Assembly: GCA_002104945.1 (NCBI GenBank)
Contig: MCFH01000087.1
Coordinates: forward strand, 65,308-129,307
Direction: 5' to 3'
Length of the DNA stretch: 64,000 nucleotides
Source: Piromyces finnis finn
Taxonomy: Eukaryota > Fungi > Neocallimastigomycota
Part shown: in pieces, positions 48,334 to 59,448 of the stretch
Layout of the letters: every line of letters begins with the position of its first letter
How positions within the stretch are numbered: position 1 is the stretch's first letter
Notes under the pieces: generated by a model
Database searches by the model: none
Told to the model about the DNA's origin: nothing
The model's input: only the letters and a program-made list of their open reading frames with translations
Translations under genes and position numbers: made by a program

Positions 48334-50823
48334 TCATGGGACAAAATTATGATCTCCATTGGTTGCGCTGGCCCTCCTGGCCTGTCTTACTGTTTCTTCA
48401 GCATTGACGCTCTTGGATGTTGCTTCAAACCTTTTGAACATTGACCATTGCTGGCCAATAGCAAAAGGCATGATTTTGGTTAGAAGTTCCGCGGTTACCG
48501 TCAAGAATGGTGTTCCTTCATTAGTACCAGATTGAATCTGACGCTTACAAAGTTCTTTCCATTCCCTTGAATTGTAATTGATATTGTTAAAACTTCTTCC
48601 CCCAAGAAGGAATTTAAATATTTTACTGCACACACTAGAATAATCATACACATTAATATTCACCGGATTATTAGAACTATTACTATCATTAACTAAATTA
48701 CTATCTAAATTAGAATTATTATCTTCACTATTGCTATCATTACTAATATTATTATTTCTATTATTGTTATTATTACTATTGTTACTATTACTATTGTTAT
48801 TATTACTATTGTTACTATTACTATTAATATTATTACTATCTCTACTGATATTATCAATTTCATTATTATTGATAGGACTATTGGAATTACGTTGACTGAA
48901 AAAATTTAATAGCTGGACTATGGAATCATAATGTTTAATACGGATATCTCTAAATGTTGGACAATCTAATAACCAATGTTTAATACTTTGATCTCCACAC
49001 TTGCAACATGGACAGTAGTTAGGACAAACTGGATCAACAAATTTGGCAGCTTTGGCAACTCTAGCATCCAACTTGTATCCGCTTCTTGCTTTCAATAGCC
49101 AGTAGAAGCCATAGGCAAACTCTGGGTACTCATAACATAATTTAATAAAATCTTTAGTTTCAATAAACTTATTATCATCATAATATTGCGCTTTGATTGA
49201 ATTCCCTTTGAGATCTTTCCAATAAAAGTTTTTAACTGCTTTAACATCTCCATGTTTCTTTAGTTTTTTATCAAGTGTCCTACTTGATTTGCACCACGTG
49301 TATTTTCTAAATTTAGGAATGTAATTGACAAGGTATGAGATAATACAATTTGAGTTTTTCCATTTGTTAAAACATCTAACCTGAGCTAACGCACATTTGG
49401 CTGACAATGGAGGAATATTCAAATCTTTTGAAATAGAGTATAAAGATATAAACGATACAGCTTTATGAACTCCGGCAACCCATCGTATTCCTTTGTTAAC
49501 ATGCTTCTGTGCAATTCTAGACCTGGCTTTGTTGGATCCAAGTAATGGTGCAAAGTATGAAACTCTGCTAATCACTTGTGAGTTAAGTACTAGCTTTTTG
49601 AAGGGAATAGGAATATTAGGATTTCTTAAGAATTTACTGACTGAAAAAAGCCCTTTCAAAACCTTGTTATTAAGAGCTTTAATAACTGGTTTAAGGGACA
49701 GATTCTTATCAAATGGAACACCAAGATAAGTATAACAATCAGTAGTTGGAATGGGTTGTCCTGCTAAGTAAAATGTTGGATCTCTCTTGTTCTGATTTTC
49801 TATTGATTCAGGACGAATCACCATCGTTGAACACTTCTGGATACCAAATTCCATTTCATTATACAAGGCCCATTCATTAACTCTTCTAAGCATCTTTTTT
49901 AAGCATCCTCTTGTTGGAGCACAAATAACTATATCATCTGCAAAAAGTCCACCACAGCATCGAGTGTCACCTAAACTGACTCCGAGATCTTCACACTCTT
50001 TAAATATATCATTAATAAAGAGATTAAAGAGAATAGGAGAAAGAGGGCATCCTTGACGGACTCCTTTCTTCACATCAAAAGATTTCGAGAATTGTCCATC
50101 TAATTTGACATTAGCCTTAGATGTTAAATATAAATTTTTGATGAATTGTAAACTCTTACCTCGGATTCCTAAACAATCTAATTTATGGAGAATATTACCG
50201 ATTGGGACTGAATCGTATGCTTTCCTGAGATCTAAAAAGGCCAAATATGTCTCTTTATTATCTAATTGACGTCTACGGCATATTTCTTGGATTGAAATGA
50301 AAAGACTGATACTTTCTTCCTTTTTTCGAAAACCAAATTGTTCAGGTCTAATGAAATTATTCTTTAGACCATATTCTGAGATTCTAGTGGTGACAATTTT
50401 GGAAATCAACTTAATACCATTATTGATAAGTGATATACCTCGATAGTTATCACAATCTGTCAAATCTCCCTTCTTAGGAATAGAAACAATACTGGATTCA
50501 TTCCATGAGTTGGGGAAGTCTCCATCCCAAATACGGTTGAATAATTTAAGAATAAAATTTAAACCATAAGCATCATTATCTGAAGTGGTATTACCGGAAG
50601 AATTATTATCTGTAGCATTATTAGAATCATTACTTGATGGAATTAATGCTTTGTAAAATTCAATTGGAATACCATCCGGACCCTGATGCTTTATAATTCG
50701 GAGTAGTGAGGATAGCTGACTTGACTTCATCAATACTAATATCTTGGTTGATATCCCATTCATCAAGCATAGGGAGTGAAAAACGTTTATTCGTTGGTTC
50801 TTCATACCAATGCTCCAAATCAA
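48334..50823 (-). CDS. RT and zinc-knuckle part of the LINE1b polyprotein
   Basis: Same RT motifs as copy a, with EQFGFR intact. Confidence 0.93.
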   Translation of the reverse strand: MIWSIGMKNQRINVFHSLCLMNGISTKILVLMKSSQLSSLLRIIKHQGPDGIPIEFYKALIPSSNDSNNATDNNSSGNTTSDNDAYGLNFILKLFNRIWDGDFPNSWNESSIVSIPKKGDLTDCDNYRGISLINNGIKLISKIVTTRISEYGLKNNFIRPEQFGFRKKEESISLFISIQEICRRRQLDNKETYLAFLDLRKAYDSVPIGNILHKLDCLGIRGKSLQFIKNLYLTSKANVKLDGQFSKSFDVKKGVRQGCPLSPILFNLFINDIFKECEDLGVSLGDTRCCGGLFADDIVICAPTRGCLKKMLRRVNEWALYNEMEFGIQKCSTMVIRPESIENQNKRDPTFYLAGQPIPTTDCYTYLGVPFDKNLSLKPVIKALNNKVLKGLFSVSKFLRNPNIPIPFKKLVLNSQVISRVSYFAPLLGSNKARSRIAQKHVNKGIRWVAGVHKAVSFISLYSISKDLNIPPLSAKCALAQVRCFNKWKNSNCIISYLVNYIPKFRKYTWCKSSRTLDKKLKKHGDVKAVKNFYWKDLKGNSIKAQYYDDNKFIETKDFIKLCYEYPEFAYGFYWLLKARSGYKLDARVAKAAKFVDPVCPNYCPCCKCGDQSIKHWLLDCPTFRDIRIKHYDSIVQLLNFFSQRNSNSPINNNEIDNISRDSNNINSNSNNSNNNNSNSNNSNNNNNRNNNISNDSNSEDNNSNLDSNLVNDSNSSNNPVNINVYDYSSVCSKIFKFLLGGRSFNNINYNSREWKELCKRQIQSGTNEGTPFLTVTAELLTKIMPFAIGQQWSMFKRFEATSKSVNAEETVRQARRASATNGDHNFVP

Positions 50824-52855
50824 GACTTACACCACTTGGATCTGATGCAAGCTTTTCGAAATGATCATGCCACACATCTAGTTGTTCTTCCGTAGCAACA
50901 ACTAATTCTCCATTTTTGTTTTTAATTGGTTGAGCAATAAAGAAAGAATCTTTTCCAATTTTTGCAGTTTTCTTGATCCATTTCCAGGCCTTCTTAGGAT
51001 TATGACTCTTCATATACTCACATCCTGTTTTAATCCAATGAAGATATTCTTGCTTCCTAAATTCATTACATCTTTTGTGGATGTAATCAATGAGCTTACG
51101 GTAGATTTTAATTCTTTTAATAAATTCATCTATATCATAAATTCTTTCTTTTTTAAATCTCTTATACAACTTCATTTTGATTTTTTGGAGATTAAAAATT
51201 TGTTGTGAAATATGAAATGAAGACTTTATAACATTATTTGCTGAGGTAATACTGAGCTCGTCTGCAATTGAAAAAGCAGTTGAAGTAAACTCTTTGGAAA
51301 GTTCATCTGTAGAAACATTAGGATCGTTGAATTTTGCTGAAAGTATTTGGAATTTATTATGACTGAGAATAGATTCCTTTTCCTCAATACATTTTAATCT
51401 ATTCCATTTCAGAATTTTCTTAGGAACATTAAAGTCATTAGAAAAATCTTCCATAGGAATAATTTTACCATTAATAAGAAGTGGCTTATGGTCTGATACA
51501 GGATAAAAATTATTTATAAATGATCCTGAGTGAATAAGATCTTTCATCTTCGAATTGATAAGAGCATGGTCAATGTCGGAAGATTGATCACCTCGAGTCC
51601 AAGAGATAGTAGACCCTCTAAGCGGAAGAATTTCCCAATCTCCTAATCCATTAGTTGATAACCAGTTGGATAATTTTACTTTAGACATATTAAAATCACC
51701 AACAAGAATCGATGGATGGGATGAATGAGTTTGTAACCACAAGCGAACTTCTAACTTTGCATGATCAACATAGATGTTGTGATGACTATGAGGCATATAA
51801 ACATTTCCAATCGAGCATTTGAATCTATTCCAGAGACTAAAAGTATAAATAGAAATAATATACTTTCCAGAGAAGTTTTCAAGTGAGGCTTGACACGAAT
51901 TGTGAAAACCTAAATATAAACCTCTCATTCCCGGAACTGATTCGTCAGCTTTCTTGAAAAAGTGTCTATAGTTTCGCAAAGTAACACGACAAGGATAATC
52001 TGTATTCGATCCAGAACCATTACCAGTTTCTTGGAAACATAAGAATAATGGTTTGAAAATAGCTGTGAAATAGCTAATACTATCTCTCTTTTCGTGATTC
52101 CACCCATTGGTGTTCCAACTAAGACAAAAAGAAAAGTTATCAGGCTTGTTGGATGAGGAAGAATCGTTGCTATTATTATTATTATTAAAGTCATCGTTAT
52201 TAATGGATGATGCATCAGAGGAATAAGTAGAACTATTACTAGATGGCTGTGAAACTGAAGAACTATCAACTATTGAACTGTTATCAGAGTTGATAGAACT
52301 ATTAGAATTAATTGTTGAATGTTGAGATTGAAATTGTGTTTGCTGTAGATCTGGAATATTTTCATGATGGGAAACTTGTTGAAGATCCTGTTGAAGATCT
52401 TGTTGAAGATCGGATTGTTGATGAGATTGTTGAACTGATTGTTGAACTGATTGTTGAAATGATTGTTGAATAGAATGTTGATGTTTATTAGAAACTAAAA
52501 TTTTACGTTTGAGAGTGGAAAAAGTGTATTTGTGATTCCTTCTACTACGAGCTGAAAAGGAAATTGAGGTAACTGAAAGTTTCTTCTTTAACATGTGTAA
52601 GATTTTAATACAATCTTTTGATGAACCATGAACCTTGACTAAGAAAAAGTGATCATTGAAAGTTTGAAAATATTTAACACTAATAACTGAATTAAATTTA
52701 TCTTCTAGAATAACCTCGAGTTTTTCCCATAGCATATTTACTGACCATGATCGAATACCACGGATAAAGAAGGAGCGAATATCATCTAAGGGGATACCAT
52801 AAGACCGGGTACCACGTCTGATATAATTCTTATCTTTAATATAAAGGACTGACAT
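50660..52855 (-). CDS. N-terminal and APE endonuclease part of the LINE1b polyprotein
   Basis: Same APE motifs, one extra QQSV repeat, same frame break as copy a. Confidence 0.92.
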   Translation of the reverse strand: MSVLYIKDKNYIRRGTRSYGIPLDDIRSFFIRGIRSWSVNMLWEKLEVILEDKFNSVISVKYFQTFNDHFFLVKVHGSSKDCIKILHMLKKKLSVTSISFSARSRRNHKYTFSTLKRKILVSNKHQHSIQQSFQQSVQQSVQQSHQQSDLQQDLQQDLQQVSHHENIPDLQQTQFQSQHSTINSNSSINSDNSSIVDSSSVSQPSSNSSTYSSDASSINNDDFNNNNNSNDSSSSNKPDNFSFCLSWNTNGWNHEKRDSISYFTAIFKPLFLCFQETGNGSGSNTDYPCRVTLRNYRHFFKKADESVPGMRGLYLGFHNSCQASLENFSGKYIISIYTFSLWNRFKCSIGNVYMPHSHHNIYVDHAKLEVRLWLQTHSSHPSILVGDFNMSKVKLSNWLSTNGLGDWEILPLRGSTISWTRGDQSSDIDHALINSKMKDLIHSGSFINNFYPVSDHKPLLINGKIIPMEDFSNDFNVPKKILKWNRLKCIEEKESILSHNKFQILSAKFNDPNVSTDELSKEFTSTAFSIADELSITSANNVIKSSFHISQQIFNLQKIKMKLYKRFKKERIYDIDEFIKRIKIYRKLIDYIHKRCNEFRKQEYLHWIKTGCEYMKSHNPKKAWKWIKKTAKIGKDSFFIAQPIKNKNGELVVATEEQLDVWHDHFEKLASDPSGVSLDLEHWYEEPTNKRFSLPMLDEWDINQDISIDEVKSAILTTPNYKASGSGWYSN

Positions 52856-53500
52856 GATAATAAATTCTAATTAAAAAATATTGAATATAAAATAAATACT
52901 AATAAAAATTACAAATATAACGTATATGGAAAAAAATCTGTCTCTCTCTCTCTTCTTAAAAGTACTGGATAGTACAAAAATTGTTACGATGCTTTGTTTA
53001 AAGTTTCTTATTTTTTGAATTCTAGTTGTAAATTTTCTTTAAAAATTCTAGTTTTGGTTTGTTGTTAGTAAATTCGATTCGCTTTTTGACACTAAACTTG
53101 TTTGACTTTACTTTTCATTAAATATTTAAATTGGTAAAAAATTTGAATCAAGAATGTCGACACCAGAAAGCTTGTGAATAGTATTTTTACATGATGTAGA
53201 GTGAATCAGTCTCTTACAAGAAACAATACAACAATAGCTACATGAATATAAAAGTACAATGCAAATGCTAAAGTTGACTACATTGGATTCTTACAAGAGA
53301 AGAGTAGTACTACATGAATACATGAATAAAAGAAAAAATACAGCAACAAAATGTATTACTCTTCTAATTAAATACTATACAAACTTACCTGAAAAATCAA
53401 ACATTCACTTATTCATCAAATACTTAAATTTGATGAATAAAATGTTTTTTAATCGCTCAGTACCATGAGCTTAGTCCTAATAATTTTCCCTTGAAGACTA

Positions 53501-53857
53501 ACCAAGCATCCATTGCGCAATGCTTGGATTTAATTCTTTCTACTCTCTCAGTACCATGAGCATGAGTAGACCCCCTTGAGAAATTACATTTATTAAATAA
53601 ATGAAGGCACATTCCTAAGAGGGCACCAAGCATCCATTGCGCAATACTTGGATTTAATTCTTTCTACTCTCTCAGTACCATGAGCATGAGTAGACCCCCT
53701 TGATAAACTCCATTATTGAATAAATGAAGGCACATTCCTAAGAGGGCACCAAGCATCCATTGCGCAATACTTGGATTTAATTCTTTCTACTCTCTCAGTA
53801 CCATGAGCATGAGTAGACCCCCTTGAGAAACTACATTTATTAAATAAATGAAGGCAC
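53501..53857. repeat. Tandem array of a ~123-bp hairpin-rich unit of repeat X (~2.9 copies)
   Basis: Units start with accaagcatccattgcgcaat at 53501, 53625 and 53748. Confidence 0.93.
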
Positions 53858-54439
53858 GAATACCACGGATAAAGAACTATAATTTTCATATTACCAAATC
53901 AAATCAAAGCTTTATGCCTTTTTCATACCATACACCTAAAAAACGTTCAACCTTCAATCAAATACATAACATTTTAAAAGGAAATTATCATCTTTTTAAC
54001 AACAATACAATTTAAATGAAAAAGGAGTGAAAAAAAAAGAATAACAACCATTTTCTTTAACAACCACAAATCTTTCAATAATAAATAACCTTTTATAAAT
54101 CCCTTAATAATAAGAGGATATTTATTTTTATTTTACAAATTTATTATAATTTTTATTAAACCAATTAAAATTAAGATTTACATTAATTTATATTTAGGTT
54201 TTTTCTTTTTAATTTATGTAGAAATTATTTTATTATTTTCTATAATTTATTAAGTTCTATTTTCTTATCCTATTATTACTATTACATTTTTTTTATTTTA
54301 ATTTTCTTATTTATTATTATCCTCATACAATGAGGACTTTCAATTAAAAAAAAAAAACTTTCAATTAAGGATTGTCGCTTATTATTAGAATATTAACAAT
54401 AATAAACTTTTTCTTTTACTATTTCATTCAATAGTGCGT

Positions 54440-55993
54440 TTAAGCCTTACCAGCCATCTTGGCATCCATTTCTTCAAGAGTAAGACCCTTACATTCAATA
54501 ACGTAGAATTGAGAGTAAATCCAAGCGAGGAAACTGGCAGCAGCAAAAAGAATGAAAGTGTTAGTAGACCATTTCTTCATGAGGAATGGACCAACAAAAC
54601 CAATAATCCAATTGTTTAAGAAGTTAGAGACAGTACCAACAGCAGAACCCTTAACTCTGACACGAAGTGGGAAAACTTCAGCTTGGTAAACCCATGGAAC
54701 TGGACCCCAAGTCCAAGCGAATGAGAATACGAATAAGAAAACGGAAGCAACAGCAGCGTATTGCCATCCCTTGATTGGTTGTTCAATGAACTTACCATTA
54801 GCATCCTTCTTACCACCAGTTAACTTAGAGCAAGCCCAAGTAGAAAGATGGAAGACCATCATCATAAGAGAACCAATAACTAAAAGAGTCTTACGACCTA
54901 ATCTTTCAATACCCCACATACCTGGGAAGGTGGAAACAAAGTTAACGAGGTTGTTGACGTTTGGTAAAACAACAGTAGACATAACCTTGTTGAAACCCAT
55001 TTCAGAGTAAATTTGACTTTGGTAGTACATAATAACGTTAATACCAGTCCATTGTTGGAAAAGTTGCATTAAGAAAGTAATGAAAGTACGACGACGAATG
55101 ACGGAACTGAAAAGTTCACCGAATGAAGAGGAACCAGCAGCACGAGTAGCAGCAACATCTTCTTGAATAGCCTTAAGTTCTTCTTGAACAACAGCATCAG
55201 AAGTAGAGGCGGCATTAAGCTTAGCAAGAATTTCAACAGCTTCTTCATCACGATCCTTAGAACATAACCATCTTGGGGACTTTGGAACGAAGCACATAAG
55301 AGTAGCAAGACCAAGACCTGGAACAACTTGTAATAAAAGAGCTAATCTCCATTCAAGGTTAGAGATTTCTTCATCACCCTTTCTAGTGAAAGAAAGTAAA
55401 CCTTCTGGCTTACGGTTAGTCTTGTACCAGATAAGAGCATTGATAAGAGAAGCAACAATAATACCAAAAGTAGTCATAAGTTGATAACAAGAAGAAAGAG
55501 TACCTCTAAGGTTAGATGGAGCAACTTCTGAAATGTAGGTTGGGCAAAGTACACCATTACAACCAATAGAAAGACCAGTGATAAGACGACCAATGGCAAT
55601 CATAACAGAGGAACGGATAGAAGAACCTTGAATAATAGCACCACAGGTGAAGATACAAGCACCAACCATAATGGTTCTTTGACGACCAAACTTTTCACCA
55701 AGGTAAGTAGCCATAAGAGCACCACAAAGAGCACCAAGAACGAAACTAGAAGTAATAACACCTTCAAGGAAAGCCTTATTACCTTTTTCTTCTAAATCAC
55801 GGTACATAGCCTTTGAGGCATCATCAGTAGATTCACCAACTTCATCAATAGCTTTTCCCTTCCATTCGTGGAATCTGAAGAAAATACGGAATGAGTCCAT
55901 AACAAGAACAACATTCATAACACCAACTTCATAACCAAAAAGAAGACCACCAAGTGAGGCGGTAACAGCGACTAAAAATTGAAAGCTGTTCAT
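54440..55993 (-). CDS. MFS sugar porter (hexose/pentose transporter family), intronless, 517 aa
   Basis: GGLLFGYE, GEKFGRQ, YISEVAP…RG, PKSPRW, QLFQQWTGINVIMYY, ERLGRK, WGPVPWVYQAEVFPLRVR, ECKGLTLEEMD. Strong codon bias (GGT, GCT, AAG, TTC). Confidence 0.96.
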   Translation of the reverse strand: MNSFQFLVAVTASLGGLLFGYEVGVMNVVLVMDSFRIFFRFHEWKGKAIDEVGESTDDASKAMYRDLEEKGNKAFLEGVITSSFVLGALCGALMATYLGEKFGRQRTIMVGACIFTCGAIIQGSSIRSSVMIAIGRLITGLSIGCNGVLCPTYISEVAPSNLRGTLSSCYQLMTTFGIIVASLINALIWYKTNRKPEGLLSFTRKGDEEISNLEWRLALLLQVVPGLGLATLMCFVPKSPRWLCSKDRDEEAVEILAKLNAASTSDAVVQEELKAIQEDVAATRAAGSSSFGELFSSVIRRRTFITFLMQLFQQWTGINVIMYYQSQIYSEMGFNKVMSTVVLPNVNNLVNFVSTFPGMWGIERLGRKTLLVIGSLMMMVFHLSTWACSKLTGGKKDANGKFIEQPIKGWQYAAVASVFLFVFSFAWTWGPVPWVYQAEVFPLRVRVKGSAVGTVSNFLNNWIIGFVGPFLMKKWSTNTFILFAAASFLAWIYSQFYVIECKGLTLEEMDAKMAGKA

Positions 55994-56800
55994 TTTTTTT
56001 TAAAAAAAAAATTAAACTTAAATTAAACTTAAATTAATATTATTATTAAATAATAATGATTTTTTTTTAAAAGAAAATTTATTTCTTTTATACAAAATTT
56101 CAATATAAAGATAAAATCATAATATTTAATTATAATTATATATAATTAATTGTATTTGTATATAAATTATTTTTAAATTAATAATTATTTTCAATTTATT
56201 TTAATATGTTATGATTATTGCTTTATTATATTTATTATATTTATGAATATTAAAATTTAATTTTAATTCTTTCGAGAATTAAAATTAAATATTAAAATAA
56301 ATTATAATATAATATTTTATAAATAGAAATTTTTATAATTAATTAAAATAAATTATTTAAATTTATTATTAACCTTTTTTATTTAAACAATTGAGATGTA
56401 AATTTATTGGTTATTACAATATTAAATATATATTAAAATATTTTCTTTTAATATATATTTAATAATTTAGTGTTTCATTTTAAGAGGATATTTATTATTT
56501 AATAAAAAACTTTATTCAAATTTTAAATTTTGTAAAATATTATAATTTCTTTTATAATTTAAAAAATGTTAAATTATTATTAGTAAATAATAAAAATATA
56601 TTTAATCTTAAAAAAATTAAAAATTCATAAATTTTATGTGTTATTTAAAAAATATTATTTTTATCAATTTATTAAAAATATTTAAAATAAAAGTTAAATT
56701 TATATAATTCCTAATAATTACTAAACTTTAAATATTATAAATTAAAAAATTTTAATAAAAATATAAATTATTATTTTATTAAGTTTATCTTATGATTTTT

Positions 56801-57014
56801 ATAATATAATATAATATAATATAATATAATATAATATAATATAATATAATATAATATAATATAATATAATATAATATAATATAATATAATATAATATAAT
56901 ATAATATAATATAATATAATATAATATAATATAATATAATATAATATAATATAATATAATATAATATAATATAATATAATATAATATAATATAATATAAT
57001 ATAATATAATATAA
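56801..57014. repeat. (ATAAT)n microsatellite, ~42 perfect copies
   Basis: Pure 5-mer array inside the palindrome spacer. Confidence 0.98.
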
Positions 57015-57387
57015 ATTTTGTGTACATTTTTGAAACAAATGTAAAGTTTATTATATAAAAGTTAAATATTATATTATAATTTATTTTAATATTTAATTTT
57101 AATTCTCGAAAGAATTAAAATTAAATTTTAATATTCATAAATATAATAAATATAATAAAGCAATAATCATAACATATTAAAATAAATTGAAAATAATTAT
57201 TAATTTAAAAATAATTTATATACAAATACAATTAATTATATATAATTATAATTAAATATTATGATTTTATCTTTATATTGAAATTTTGTATAAAAGAAAT
57301 AAATTTTCTTTTAAAAAAAAATCATTATTATTTAATAATAATATTAATTTAAGTTTAATTTAAGTTTAATTTTTTTTTTAAAAAAAA

Positions 57388-58941
57388 ATGAACAGCTTTC
57401 AATTTTTAGTCGCTGTTACCGCCTCACTTGGTGGTCTTCTTTTTGGTTATGAAGTTGGTGTTATGAATGTTGTTCTTGTTATGGACTCATTCCGTATTTT
57501 CTTCAGATTCCACGAATGGAAGGGAAAAGCTATTGATGAAGTTGGTGAATCTACTGATGATGCCTCAAAGGCTATGTACCGTGATTTAGAAGAAAAAGGT
57601 AATAAGGCTTTCCTTGAAGGTGTTATTACTTCTAGTTTCGTTCTTGGTGCTCTTTGTGGTGCTCTTATGGCTACTTACCTTGGTGAAAAGTTTGGTCGTC
57701 AAAGAACCATTATGGTTGGTGCTTGTATCTTCACCTGTGGTGCTATTATTCAAGGTTCTTCTATCCGTTCCTCTGTTATGATTGCCATTGGTCGTCTTAT
57801 CACTGGTCTTTCTATTGGTTGTAATGGTGTACTTTGCCCAACCTACATTTCAGAAGTTGCTCCATCTAACCTTAGAGGTACTCTTTCTTCTTGTTATCAA
57901 CTTATGACTACTTTTGGTATTATTGTTGCTTCTCTTATCAATGCTCTTATCTGGTACAAGACTAACCGTAAGCCAGAAGGTTTACTTTCTTTCACTAGAA
58001 AGGGTGATGAAGAAATCTCTAACCTTGAATGGAGATTAGCTCTTTTATTACAAGTTGTTCCAGGTCTTGGTCTTGCTACTCTTATGTGCTTCGTTCCAAA
58101 GTCCCCAAGATGGTTATGTTCTAAGGATCGTGATGAAGAAGCTGTTGAAATTCTTGCTAAGCTTAATGCCGCCTCTACTTCTGATGCTGTTGTTCAAGAA
58201 GAACTTAAGGCTATTCAAGAAGATGTTGCTGCTACTCGTGCTGCTGGTTCCTCTTCATTCGGTGAACTTTTCAGTTCCGTCATTCGTCGTCGTACTTTCA
58301 TTACTTTCTTAATGCAACTTTTCCAACAATGGACTGGTATTAACGTTATTATGTACTACCAAAGTCAAATTTACTCTGAAATGGGTTTCAACAAGGTTAT
58401 GTCTACTGTTGTTTTACCAAACGTCAACAACCTCGTTAACTTTGTTTCCACCTTCCCAGGTATGTGGGGTATTGAAAGATTAGGTCGTAAGACTCTTTTA
58501 GTTATTGGTTCTCTTATGATGATGGTCTTCCATCTTTCTACTTGGGCTTGCTCTAAGTTAACTGGTGGTAAGAAGGATGCTAATGGTAAGTTCATTGAAC
58601 AACCAATCAAGGGATGGCAATACGCTGCTGTTGCTTCCGTTTTCTTATTCGTATTCTCATTCGCTTGGACTTGGGGTCCAGTTCCATGGGTTTACCAAGC
58701 TGAAGTTTTCCCACTTCGTGTCAGAGTTAAGGGTTCTGCTGTTGGTACTGTCTCTAACTTCTTAAACAATTGGATTATTGGTTTTGTTGGTCCATTCCTC
58801 ATGAAGAAATGGTCTACTAACACTTTCATTCTTTTTGCTGCTGCCAGTTTCCTCGCTTGGATTTACTCTCAATTCTACGTTATTGAATGTAAGGGTCTTA
58901 CTCTTGAAGAAATGGATGCCAAGATGGCTGGTAAGGCTTAA
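57388..58941 (+). CDS. MFS sugar porter, identical inverted copy
   Basis: Protein identical to 54440-55993. Confidence 0.96.
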   Translation: MNSFQFLVAVTASLGGLLFGYEVGVMNVVLVMDSFRIFFRFHEWKGKAIDEVGESTDDASKAMYRDLEEKGNKAFLEGVITSSFVLGALCGALMATYLGEKFGRQRTIMVGACIFTCGAIIQGSSIRSSVMIAIGRLITGLSIGCNGVLCPTYISEVAPSNLRGTLSSCYQLMTTFGIIVASLINALIWYKTNRKPEGLLSFTRKGDEEISNLEWRLALLLQVVPGLGLATLMCFVPKSPRWLCSKDRDEEAVEILAKLNAASTSDAVVQEELKAIQEDVAATRAAGSSSFGELFSSVIRRRTFITFLMQLFQQWTGINVIMYYQSQIYSEMGFNKVMSTVVLPNVNNLVNFVSTFPGMWGIERLGRKTLLVIGSLMMMVFHLSTWACSKLTGGKKDANGKFIEQPIKGWQYAAVASVFLFVFSFAWTWGPVPWVYQAEVFPLRVRVKGSAVGTVSNFLNNWIIGFVGPFLMKKWSTNTFILFAAASFLAWIYSQFYVIECKGLTLEEMDAKMAGKA

Positions 58942-59448
58942 ACGCACTATTGAATGAAATAGTAAAAGAAAAAGTTTATTATTGTTAATATTCTAATAAT
59001 AAGCGACAATCCTTAATTGAAAGTTTTTTTTTTTAATTGAAAGTCCTCATTGTATGAGGATAATAATAAATAAGAAAATTAAAATAAAAAAAATGTAATA
59101 GTAATAATAGGATAAGAAAATAGAACTTAATAAATTATAGAAAATAATAAAATAATTTCTACATAAATTAAAAAGAAAAAACCTAAATATAAATTAATGT
59201 AAATCTTAATTTTAATTGGTTTAATAAAAATTATAATAAATTTGTAAAATAAAAATAAATATCCTCTTATTATTAAGGGATTTATAAAAGGTTATTTATT
59301 ATTGAAAGATTTGTGGTTGTTAAAGAAAATGGTTGTTATTCTTTTTTTTTCACTCCTTTTTCATTTAAATTGTATTGTTGTTAAAAAGATGATAATTTCC
59401 TTTTAAAATGTTATGTATTTGATTGAAGGTTGAACGTTTTTTAGGTGT

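Larger units (their letters stand above)
48046..53304 (-). mobile_element. LINE family 1, copy b, head-to-tail with copy a
   Basis: Poly(T) 48046-48096. About 97% identical to copy a by eye. Confidence 0.95.

Noticed and set aside
53501-53857. Palindromic repeated units resembling a CRISPR array
   Set aside because: The units are contiguous ~123-bp tandem copies without unique spacers, the context is eukaryotic and there are no cas genes.
54440-55993. Bacterial (horizontal) origin of the intronless sugar porter
   Set aside because: The motifs are shared by bacterial XylE/GalP-type and fungal porters, and the codon usage fits a highly expressed host gene. A phylogeny would be needed.
56801-57014. 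Interstitial telomere repeat
   Set aside because: There is no G-rich strand and no resemblance to TTAGGG-type repeats.
56785-57038. ORFs encoding (YYIIL)n
   Set aside because: These are translations of the ATAAT microsatellite.
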